From Phycisphaera sp. RhM (GTDB lineage: Bacteria > Planctomycetota > Planctomycetia > Pirellulales > Pirellulaceae), in NCBI GenBank assembly GCA_033042175.1, contig WCIL01000038.1, positions 19,226 to 83,225 on the forward strand: a stretch of DNA of 64,000 bases, written 5' to 3'. Positions 37,213-45,533 of the stretch are shown here, one piece after another. A program made the translations under genes and the position numbers. The notes beneath the pieces were generated by a model, which was not told the DNA's origin, did no database searches, and was given only the letters and a program-made list of their open reading frames with translations. Numbering within the stretch: position 1 is the first letter of the stretch; each line of letters starts with the position of its first letter.

Positions 37213-40080
37213 TCATTCCACCGCCGTCTCGTAACTCCAGACGACGGTTTCGATGCCTTGGTTTTTCAGCCAGGCGTGGACGGTGGCGTAGGCGGCGGCG
37301 GCGTCGCGGGTGGGGGTCAGTTGCAGGTAGACGAGTGATCGGCTGTCATATTCCAGTGGAAACGTCTTCTTGAACGATGCGTCTTCGGCGTCCGGCGTCC
37401 ATTGGTACGCCTCGATGTTGACGCTGGTCGCGCGGAGTGGATGGTCGGGGTGCAGGAAGCCGAGTTTGGGCAGGAGAGGTTTGAGGTAGTCCGGCAGCGT
37501 CGGCGGCGGTCCTTTTTGCTCGTAGGGTCGTTCGTCTTGCCGCCATGCTTGAGACTCGGATTCGAAGTCGAGGAATGCACTGTAGAGTTGGCGTGCGGTA
37601 CCTTCGCTGGATTCGGCTTGTTCGCGGATCCAGTCGAGACGTTTCCGTTGGATCTGTTCAAAGCGTTCGGCGGACTGCCGCATCAGATTGCGAAAGTCCG
37701 CTGGTTTGTCTTCGTCTGCGGAATCGTCCTGGTCGGGTGGTTGGACAGAGTCCCAGGGGAGCGGATCGGATTTGCCTTGCAGGACGAGGAGTTTGGTTTG
37801 CAGTTCTAATTGAGCTTCCGTCGCTTTGATCTTCGGGGTCCAGGGGGAAATCGCTACCGAGTCTCCGATGTTGTAGGGAATGCTATCGGTTGCCTGGATC
37901 AGGTCGTTTGCCTGATCGGCGGAGACGACAACGATCAATTGCGGGTTTGCACCGAAGAAGGAGCGTCGCCAGCGGGCCCCTGAGAGCAGGTCGAGTCGCG
38001 GGTCGTTTTCGGCAAAGGCTTCGAAGTCATCACCGAAGTCGTCGTCGATGACTGCTGCGTCTCCGGAGTCGACCACCGTGCTGGTGAAAACAAAGTCGCC
38101 GAGCCGCGCGACGGAGTCATCGGTTGATTCGGTCAATTTGTCATAGGCCACTGTCGCCGCGTCGGCATCGGGGAATCGCCAAGCCAGCAAGTGCAGTTTC
38201 GTTTTTTTCGGGTCCGCGTCCGGTTTGCCGAGTCGAAACTGTCCGTCGTCGGTTTCGACGGTTAGGTAGAGCGTTTCGAATTCGGGGAAGTCGTCAAACA
38301 TCCCACCGCCGACGGTTGCCAGCGTGATCGCGAACATGCCGACCACACCGACGAACAGGCCGCCGAAATACAGTGCCCAAATCCCCAGGGTCGCCGGCCA
38401 GCTCGGGGGCCGGGCGATCACGTTTTCGTAAACCGATAGCGTCAATTTGGCGAGCGTCGAGGTGCCTTGGGTCGGCAGGTTGGCTCGTTGGATTTCATCG
38501 ACGATCGCGCGGATCGCTTCGTCGGGCATGTGGTCGTTGTCGGGTTCAGGCAGGTCTCGGCGGCGAATCGATTCGGTGACCGTCATCGTCCGCCAAACCG
38601 TTGGCAATCCGAGTGCCATCGCGATTCCGATGCCAAACATCAGCTTGGCGTCCAGCAGCCATGCGACCAACATCAAAATGACGATGGTCCCGATTCGAAA
38701 CAACAGATCGATGACTTTGGAGCGAGAGAACAGTGTCACGTGTGCGACTTGGCCGCCGTCCAGGGGCAGAAACGGTGCCAGGTTCAATACGTTCAGGATC
38801 AACGTGATCACGGCGCCTTTGGCGCACCATTCGTTTTCGAACCAAAAGCCGACGCCGCCGAGCACCAGACCCAGTGCGATGCTCGGGAGCGGGCCGGCCA
38901 ACGCAACGATCGACTTTTTCCAACCGCTGACGCGATAGTGACGCCCACTGACCGCGGCACCCAACAACGGGATGAAGAACATGTGGATGTTCTTGTACCC
39001 GAACGCTTTCATCGCGACGTAGTGTCCCAGTTCGTGCACCAGCAGGATCGGGACCAAGATCAAGACGAGTTCCAGTTCCCATTGCCAGGCGCCGAGTCCG
39101 ATGAACAATCCGATCGAAACGGCCAGGATCAACAGTTTGCTGAGCCAGCCGGACTGTTTCGTTTCCTGTTTGCGGACCGCTTCGATGATCGGCAGCGTTT
39201 CATCGACAGCGGGCGTTTGCACGGCCACGTCATCACCGCCCGCAGACTCCTCGACGCGTTCGGCATCCTCGACCAGTTCGGCGACCACCTCATCGTGGTC
39301 GACGGGAGACGCGAACGTTGCATCGGCAAGATCAGAAGAAACGACGTTTGCCGCCACGGCCCTGGACGTCACGCTGCTGGGCGTCGCTCGAACGAACACG
39401 CCGCGATCGAGTTGGAATTCGACGAACTCGCGGTGGGTGTGTTCGAGTAGATCGAAGGCCGATTCGGTGTCGCCGGCGGTCATCGATCGGGCGTTTCCCA
39501 GCACGCGGCGGACGTGTTGCTGGTGCAGGTCACGCAGCCGATTCGCGTCGACTTTGGGATGGTATTGGACGTGCCAGTCGGGCGGATCGAGCAGGTCGCG
39601 GGTTGCCGCGGTCGTCAGGATGATCTCGCCGGCCGGTCCGAGCGAATACAACGCCAGTCGCGGGAATTTGTTCCGTCGTTCCAGGTTCGGCCAGAGTCGA
39701 TAGCGGATCCAAGCGACCGTTTCGCCGTCGGCCGAGCGGTAGGCCGCACCTCCGTAACGCGTGTTGTTTTGTCGGTCGTTGATGCCGATCAAGTCGATAC
39801 GGGTGAATCCCAGTTCGTGGACTTGCAGGTCCAGGTCCGTGATTGCTTTGAGGATTTCCGGGTCGACTTTTTCGGCGGGCACGCGAAACGGTTGCAGCGA
39901 TTCGACGGCCGGGATGTCGGTGGATCCGGGGATCGGAATGCGTAGCAGTTTGACGATCACCGCGATCAACAAGACGATCGGCATCGTGATCACGTTGCCT
40001 TCGTACATGTATTCGCGAATCGAAACGTGCGGGGCGCTCAGTTTAAAGAACATGATGGGCGAGTGCTTTGTCACGGTCAC
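37213..40080 (-). CDS. giant M50-family (site-2 protease-like) membrane metalloprotease with large N- and C-terminal extensions
   Basis: 'LLVHELGHYVAMKAFGY' (HExxH) and 'NLAPFLPLDGG' (NxxPxxxLDG) lie in a polytopic core at about aa 320-590. Roughly 320 aa before and 370 aa after the core are unassigned. The start is either the GTG at 40080 or the ATG at 40053. Confidence 0.8.
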   Translation of the reverse strand: MTVTKHSPIMFFKLSAPHVSIREYMYEGNVITMPIVLLIAVIVKLLRIPIPGSTDIPAVESLQPFRVPAEKVDPEILKAITDLDLQVHELGFTRIDLIGINDRQNNTRYGGAAYRSADGETVAWIRYRLWPNLERRNKFPRLALYSLGPAGEIILTTAATRDLLDPPDWHVQYHPKVDANRLRDLHQQHVRRVLGNARSMTAGDTESAFDLLEHTHREFVEFQLDRGVFVRATPSSVTSRAVAANVVSSDLADATFASPVDHDEVVAELVEDAERVEESAGGDDVAVQTPAVDETLPIIEAVRKQETKQSGWLSKLLILAVSIGLFIGLGAWQWELELVLILVPILLVHELGHYVAMKAFGYKNIHMFFIPLLGAAVSGRHYRVSGWKKSIVALAGPLPSIALGLVLGGVGFWFENEWCAKGAVITLILNVLNLAPFLPLDGGQVAHVTLFSRSKVIDLLFRIGTIVILMLVAWLLDAKLMFGIGIAMALGLPTVWRTMTVTESIRRRDLPEPDNDHMPDEAIRAIVDEIQRANLPTQGTSTLAKLTLSVYENVIARPPSWPATLGIWALYFGGLFVGVVGMFAITLATVGGGMFDDFPEFETLYLTVETDDGQFRLGKPDADPKKTKLHLLAWRFPDADAATVAYDKLTESTDDSVARLGDFVFTSTVVDSGDAAVIDDDFGDDFEAFAENDPRLDLLSGARWRRSFFGANPQLIVVVSADQANDLIQATDSIPYNIGDSVAISPWTPKIKATEAQLELQTKLLVLQGKSDPLPWDSVQPPDQDDSADEDKPADFRNLMRQSAERFEQIQRKRLDWIREQAESSEGTARQLYSAFLDFESESQAWRQDERPYEQKGPPPTLPDYLKPLLPKLGFLHPDHPLRATSVNIEAYQWTPDAEDASFKKTFPLEYDSRSLVYLQLTPTRDAAAAYATVHAWLKNQGIETVVWSYETAVE

Positions 40081-40096
40081 GGTTGCGTTTGACGAG

Positions 40097-40172
40097 CGGA
40101 AAAGGGGTCAGGTACCAAAAATGCGAAGCACCCTTTGGGCCATTTGGTTTTTGGTACCTGACCCCTTTTCCG
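40097..40172. repeat. perfect 25-bp inverted repeat (REP-like hairpin)
   Basis: cggaaaaggggtcaggtaccaaaaa (40097-40121) pairs with tttttggtacctgaccccttttccg (40148-40172), with a 26-nt loop. It lies between the GspE-like and M50 genes. Confidence 0.95.
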
Positions 40173-40203
40173 CGGCACCCTAGATTTAAACGTTGACAAA
40201 GCA

Positions 40204-41448
40204 CTAGGTCCGGCCGGAGAACAGGGCGGCTTCTTCCAGCGTGATCATGCCTTGAAAGGCTTTGCTGAGCGCACTGACACGCAGCGTCCGCATGCCTTCC
40301 TTGATCGCTTGTTTGCGGAGTGCTTCGACCGATGCATTTTCAAAGATCATGTCGCGAAGTCTTGACGAGAGCGTCAGCATTTCAAAGATGGCGACGCGGC
40401 CGCGACAGCCTGATCCGTTGCATTTGACGCAGCCCCGGCCGCGATGGAAGCTTGCCTTGGCGGCCTGTTCTTCGCTGATGCCGAGCGATTTGAGTTGTGC
40501 GGCGGAGATCGTGACGGGGGTTCTGCAGTGTTGGCAAATTCGTCGCACCAGCCGCTGTGCGACGATGACGTTCAAGCCGGCGGTGATCAGGAACGGTTCG
40601 ATTTCCATGTCGCGCAGCCGCGCGATGGCCGACACGGTGTCGTTGGTGTGCAGCGTCGACAGCACCATGTGGCCGGTCATCGCCGCTTGGAACGACGTCT
40701 TGGCGGTTTCGGTGTCGCGGATTTCACCGACCAGAATCACATCCGGGTCTTGGCGCAACAGCAACCGCAGGACTTGGGCGAAGTCCATGTTCAGTTCCCG
40801 TTTGACGTTGATCTGGGTGATGCCGAACACGTCAAATTCGACCGGGTCTTCGATCGTCGAGATGTTGCGGTCCATCTGGTTCAGGCGGTTGAGCGCCGAG
40901 TAGAGCGTCGTGGTTTTTCCGCTGCCGGTCGGTCCGGTGACCAGGCACATGCCGTACTGTTGGCCGGTCGCCTGGGCCATCAACTGGGCTTCTTTGGGGT
41001 TCATGCCCAGCTTGGTCAGGTCGGCTTTCAGCCCGGTCGCGTCGACGACTCGCAACACAATTTTTTCACCGAATCGGGTGGGGACCGATGACACCCGATA
41101 GTCGATGCTGCGATTGTCGATGACCAATTTCAAGCGGCCTTCCTGGGGCCGCCGACGTTCGGCGATGTCCAGTTCCGACAGGACTTTGACGCGGGAGGAG
41201 AGTTGGGGGTAATCGGCAGCGGGGCCGGCGGCGATCTGGGACAGCACACCGTCGACTCGCATGCGGACGCGAAACGCTTGCTCGAACGGTTCGAAGTGAA
41301 TGTCCGACGCGCCCGCTTTGAAGGCTTTGGCAAAGATCGAGTCGCAAAACGCAATGTTCTCACTGCCTGTTTTGTCGCTCTGCAGCTCGTCTTTCATGGA
41401 AGGCGTCGACGGCGTGACCTTCGGAGTGATTTGCGGGGGCTGGTTCAT
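40204..41448 (-). CDS. GspE/PilB-family type II/IV secretion ATPase
   Basis: Walker A 'VTGPTGSGKTTTLYS', 'ILVGEIRD', 'GHMVLSTLHTND' and the tetracysteine motif 'CQHCRTPV...CVKCNGSGCRGR' are present. The start is uncertain (41448 or 41397). The listed 41559 start would overlap the divergent HAD gene. Confidence 0.85.
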   Translation of the reverse strand: MNQPPQITPKVTPSTPSMKDELQSDKTGSENIAFCDSIFAKAFKAGASDIHFEPFEQAFRVRMRVDGVLSQIAAGPAADYPQLSSRVKVLSELDIAERRRPQEGRLKLVIDNRSIDYRVSSVPTRFGEKIVLRVVDATGLKADLTKLGMNPKEAQLMAQATGQQYGMCLVTGPTGSGKTTTLYSALNRLNQMDRNISTIEDPVEFDVFGITQINVKRELNMDFAQVLRLLLRQDPDVILVGEIRDTETAKTSFQAAMTGHMVLSTLHTNDTVSAIARLRDMEIEPFLITAGLNVIVAQRLVRRICQHCRTPVTISAAQLKSLGISEEQAAKASFHRGRGCVKCNGSGCRGRVAIFEMLTLSSRLRDMIFENASVEALRKQAIKEGMRTLRVSALSKAFQGMITLEEAALFSGRT

Positions 41449-41503
41449 GGAGAAAAGCGGGGGTCGGGTTCCGGAACGCTGCGTCTTCTGCGATTCTGTG
41501 GCG

Positions 41504-42076
41504 ATGGACGCGAACGATTTTGAACGATACGAGGGCTTGATTTTTGACTGCGACGGCACGCTGGCCGATTCGATGCCGCTGCATTATGTGGCGTGGCGCG
41601 ACACGTTGATGCGGTACGGGTTGGAATTCAAGGAAGACCGATTCTATTCGATGGGAGGGATGCCGAGTGCCAAGATTGTCGCCCTGTTGGCCAAAGAACG
41701 CGGTCTGCAGGTGGATGCCGAGGCGGTCGCGGCGGAAAAGGAAACGCATTTTCAGAGTTTGATCGATCAGGTCCAGCCGATGCACGCGGTGTGCCAGATC
41801 GCGGCGGCGTTTCGGGGGAAAAAACCGATGGCGGTGGCCAGCGGCAGCGGCCGAGTCATCGTCGTCAAACAATTGGTCGCCCTGCAAATCGATGATTGGT
41901 TTCCCGTCGTCGTCACGTCCGAAGACACCGAGCGTCACAAGCCCGAGCCGGATGTTTTTCTGGAAGCGGCGCGGCGAATCAAGGTCGCTCCGGAAAACTG
42001 TGTCGTTTTTGAGGATTCTCCGCTCGGATTCCAAGCCGCCGAGGCTGCCGGGATGGATTGGGTCGATGTCCGCTAG
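41504..42076 (+). CDS. HAD-superfamily hydrolase (beta-phosphoglucomutase-like subfamily)
   Basis: The ATG at 41504 gives 'MDANDFERYEGLIFDCDGTLADS' (DxDGT). 'VASGS' and 'VVFEDSPLGFQAAEAAGM' are also present. Confidence 0.85.
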   Translation: MDANDFERYEGLIFDCDGTLADSMPLHYVAWRDTLMRYGLEFKEDRFYSMGGMPSAKIVALLAKERGLQVDAEAVAAEKETHFQSLIDQVQPMHAVCQIAAAFRGKKPMAVASGSGRVIVVKQLVALQIDDWFPVVVTSEDTERHKPEPDVFLEAARRIKVAPENCVVFEDSPLGFQAAEAAGMDWVDVR

Positions 42077-42146
42077 GGCTGCAACCCTAAGATTCAATTT
42101 TAACGGAGCACTCCAGCGATTTCACACGCTACCCATCAAAAATAAA

Positions 42147-42220
42147 ACCCACGGATAGCAGCGCGAACCCACGGATGACAGGGTGCAAAAATCCGTGGGT
42201 TCGCGCTGCCATCCGTGGGC
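42147..42220. repeat. 30-bp near-perfect inverted repeat (REP-like hairpin / terminator candidate)
   Basis: acccacggatagcagcgcgaacccacggat (42147-42176) pairs with atccgtgggttcgcgctgccatccgtgggc (42191-42220), with 2 mismatches. It lies 70 nt after the HAD gene stop. Confidence 0.9.
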
Positions 42221-42401
42221 TCTGTCTTCGTTTCATCGCTCCGCAAGTTTCAGCCTGCCCCCCTTTTCCGAGGCCCCTGAACTAAAAGTTGATGGAGCGC
42301 TCGGCCGCTTCTGGCGTGCTATCCTTTGTGCATCGCTCCGTCGCCCCGGGGGAGCGGCGTTCCCTGCGCCCGGATCGACCCGTTTTCACGCCTGAGCCGA
42401 G

Positions 42402-44114
42402 ATGATTCGCCACGACGTCAATCGTTCTGAATTCTCGACGCTCGACGCGGGCAAGCTGCTGCCGGGATGCTCGCTTCCGATCTCCGGGGTTGAGACCGAC
42501 GATGGTCGCGCGGTCCATGCGTTTCGCCAATTCGACCCCTTGCCGATCGATGGGCTGCCGCAAACGGCTCTGCGGTCCTTGGCCGATTCCTGGGTCGACG
42601 TCGCCCGATCGCTCAAGACGCTGCATGAGGCCGGGCTGTGCTATGGGCGGATCACGTCGACGGCGTTTCACAATCGCGGATCCGAAACCGAGCCCGCCGC
42701 CACGCTGTGGATCGATCCGTCGCGGGCGGCGCAAACCGATGCCGTCCATCACGGTGATCCCGAATCGATGTACTGGACCGCCGCGCGACTTCAATCGGGC
42801 AAGCCACCGCAACCGGCCGACGATTGGTACGCGCTGGGAATCGTCTTGGCGGAAATCGCACTCTCGTCCGCCTCGGTGCACAGAATCTGGGAACTCAGCC
42901 GCCAGGACGGGAAGTTCGTCGAGAGTCTGATCAAGAATCTGAAACGCTCGCGGAGTGATCGGCGTCTTCGCAAACTCGCGATCGCCTTGATCCGTGAAGG
43001 GGCGACGGGCAAAGTCGATGACGCCACGATCGGCAAACTGACGATGCGTTCCGCGTCCGGCCATCGCACCTCGACGTTCGTCTCCGTCGCGGTCTTGTTG
43101 TTGGCCCTGGTCGCCGTTGGCGTGACGCTGTATCGCAACATGAATGCACAGCACGATCGACAGATCGCGATGCTGGCCAGTCAGGTCGACGAGTTGCAGC
43201 GCCGGGCCGAAACCGTGGAACACGCCACGCCACAGACGGTCGCGCCGCCCGTGGCCGTCGCGGTCCCCGAACCGGCGGTCGTGCGTCCCAATGATCGCGG
43301 ACGGTGGACGACGGATGTTGCCGGTCGGTCGTTGGAACAAGCGATCGATGCGTCTGTCGATTTCCAACCCAGTCAGTGGCGCGATCGATTGATCGGCCTG
43401 CAGCAACTGCCCGGTCAAAAGCAATGGCGGACACTCGATGAAACATTGCGTCGACTGATCCAACGGGCCGTCGATACGCCCTGGGATGATGATGCCGTTC
43501 AAGACGCTCAAGATCGGATCGCATCGCTCGGCCGAGCCCATGCCCGCTGGACCGAGTGGGCACGTAGCAATCGCAGCATTGAGGAAATCAGGACACAGCA
43601 TGATCTGATGCCGTCGGGTTTGGTGAAAGAGTTCCTGGGGCAATGGCTGGCCGAGGCACTGGAACTCCGGTCCTTCGATCTAAGGACCCGCGTGGTCAAG
43701 GTTGGGGAAGAAAATTCGTTCCTGGCACACGTCATCGGATTCGAAACGCCATCGGATTCTGAATCGGTGGATTGGACCTGGGAGTCGACTGACGGCGGTG
43801 ATGCATCGATTGCCGTGCAGATCGATGATTACCATGCCGGCCAAACGCTGTCGTACTGGCTGAAACAAGACAGTTCGATCCCGTATTGGGACAGAACGGT
43901 GATCAAGCACACGTTTGACAGCCCGCTCTTGGCCTGGCAGTTGGCCAAGGGGTTAAGATTGGAAAACAGCGAAAGCGGGTACGCCGTGCTGCTGTCGACC
44001 AACGTCCGTTTCGGACCTCCGGTGAAGCTCGATGCGTCGTCGGTCGCGGTGGTTGAAGCGGAGAAACGGAAAGTGGTGGACCCGATGGATGATCTGCCCT
44101 TCGGGCTGGAGTGA
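42402..44114 (+). CDS. membrane protein with a truncated, catalytically degenerate protein-kinase-like N-domain
   Basis: 'LHEAGLCYGRITSTAFH' stands where HRDxKxxN is expected. 'LWIDPSRAA' stands where DFG is expected. 'ADDWYALGIVLAEIAL' resembles kinase subdomain IX. There is no glycine loop or VAIK lysine. One TM ('FVSVAVLLLALVAVGVTLY') is followed by a 300-aa C-terminal region. The antisense ORF 42282-43643 was rejected. Confidence 0.6.
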   Translation: MIRHDVNRSEFSTLDAGKLLPGCSLPISGVETDDGRAVHAFRQFDPLPIDGLPQTALRSLADSWVDVARSLKTLHEAGLCYGRITSTAFHNRGSETEPAATLWIDPSRAAQTDAVHHGDPESMYWTAARLQSGKPPQPADDWYALGIVLAEIALSSASVHRIWELSRQDGKFVESLIKNLKRSRSDRRLRKLAIALIREGATGKVDDATIGKLTMRSASGHRTSTFVSVAVLLLALVAVGVTLYRNMNAQHDRQIAMLASQVDELQRRAETVEHATPQTVAPPVAVAVPEPAVVRPNDRGRWTTDVAGRSLEQAIDASVDFQPSQWRDRLIGLQQLPGQKQWRTLDETLRRLIQRAVDTPWDDDAVQDAQDRIASLGRAHARWTEWARSNRSIEEIRTQHDLMPSGLVKEFLGQWLAEALELRSFDLRTRVVKVGEENSFLAHVIGFETPSDSESVDWTWESTDGGDASIAVQIDDYHAGQTLSYWLKQDSSIPYWDRTVIKHTFDSPLLAWQLAKGLRLENSESGYAVLLSTNVRFGPPVKLDASSVAVVEAEKRKVVDPMDDLPFGLE

Positions 44115-44256
44115 TGGGGGCAGAATATGGGGGCAGAATGATGGGAAGGCAGGATGTTGGGAGTGACGTGTAGAGGAAGCGTCTGGAATTGATTTGTGTC
44201 ATTCAACGGTGCGGACTATTAGCACATATCGATACGACCATCGCTCCGCTGACAAA

Positions 44257-44291
44257 CCTGAAACCTGAAACCTGAAACCTGAAACCTGAAA
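44257..44291 (+). repeat. perfect heptanucleotide tandem repeat (CCTGAAA)x5
   Basis: Positions 44257-44291 hold five exact units, with partial units on both sides. The array ends 39 nt upstream of the ATG at 44331. Confidence 0.95.
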
Positions 44292-44330
44292 CCCCCGCTC
44301 AACGTTCGAAATCGCTTGGAGACCACACGA

Positions 44331-45482
44331 ATGCGTTATCTGCTTTGTTTCTTGATGGCCATTGCCGCGGCGTCGTCATCGTCGGCGATCGATCCGAGCG
44401 ATTGGCTGTCGTTGGGTACGGAAAAGTCGGCGGCGCCGAAGCGGGCGAAGATCGACACACGTGAATTGTTGCGGCGCTACCCGGTCGGTAAGTCGTGGGC
44501 CGCGTCGAAGGTGTTGCGGATTCGCGGGTTGGCGGTCAATGAGAACTGGGGCATCGAAGGCCGCACGAATGTGGTTTATACGAACCGCTATTCCGGCAAG
44601 ACCCGTGTGGTGGCCAACCAATTCGGCGACGTGACGTTCGAGATCAATGTTTTGGAAGCGTCACAGCAGCGGATCACGAGTGAGAAACGGTTGCGCGTGG
44701 CCGACTTTAGCGAAACCTCTCCGATCCTCAAGATCGGCTTGGAGCAATTACTCGACATCACGCGCACGACGCTGCCGCCGGCCGACGTCGCCTACAAGTT
44801 GCTGATCACCTACGGGAAGGTCGACCCGAGGTACGAGCGGGCGTTGACGCGGTTGGCCGAAGTCAGCGGATTTGATGTGGAGCGATTGACGCAAATTGAT
44901 GAAGCGCAACTAGTCGAGGACCCCGCGCAGTATTCCGGATGCACGTTTGAAGTGGTCTGGTCCAATGGGCTGGGCGTGACACGCGTCCGGCAAACCGATG
45001 GCCCGGTGACCGTCAAGCTCGATGACATTCGACGATGGGCCGAAGCCGCCGATCCGCTACTGGATTATTACGTGATGGAAAACGTCGATCGTCCCGTCGG
45101 CGATACCTGGGACGTCGATGCGAAAGACGCCAGCGGCATGATGGTGCACCAGCAAGGCGGCCAGTCCGACGGCTCGCTGAAACTCAAGTACCTGCGTGAT
45201 GAAACCTACGACGGCCAGATCTGCCGTCAGTTGGCGATTCAACGCGGCGAACTGACGATGTCGCTCGACCAGAACGCCAAGAAGTATGACGCCCGCGTGC
45301 GGGGGATTCAGGGGCGTGTGTTCTACGGCAAGAACGACTACCTGGTGTTGCAAGCCAACGGGACCTGTGACATCCAGGCCAACGTTCGGAGCAAGAACCA
45401 CTTGTTGTTCGGAACCAAATGGCAACGTGACGTGAAGACCGATTTTCGATACGAGGCGAAGTTGCTGTCCAAGGGGCAGTGA
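44331..45482 (+). CDS. secreted protein, unknown function
   Basis: The ATG at 44331 gives the signal peptide 'MRYLLCFLMAIAAASSSSA'. The rest is beta-rich with no recognised motif. Confidence 0.6.
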   Translation: MRYLLCFLMAIAAASSSSAIDPSDWLSLGTEKSAAPKRAKIDTRELLRRYPVGKSWAASKVLRIRGLAVNENWGIEGRTNVVYTNRYSGKTRVVANQFGDVTFEINVLEASQQRITSEKRLRVADFSETSPILKIGLEQLLDITRTTLPPADVAYKLLITYGKVDPRYERALTRLAEVSGFDVERLTQIDEAQLVEDPAQYSGCTFEVVWSNGLGVTRVRQTDGPVTVKLDDIRRWAEAADPLLDYYVMENVDRPVGDTWDVDAKDASGMMVHQQGGQSDGSLKLKYLRDETYDGQICRQLAIQRGELTMSLDQNAKKYDARVRGIQGRVFYGKNDYLVLQANGTCDIQANVRSKNHLLFGTKWQRDVKTDFRYEAKLLSKGQ

Positions 45483-45533
45483 TCGGGAAATGAGTGGGCG
45501 GGAAAGCGGGTCAAAACATTGAGTGGTCAAAAA

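Noticed and set aside
42282-43643. 453-aa ORF antisense to the kinase-like gene
   Set aside because: It is an Arg-rich shadow ORF. The plus strand has kinase C-lobe remnants, a TM helix and an ATG with a sensible context.
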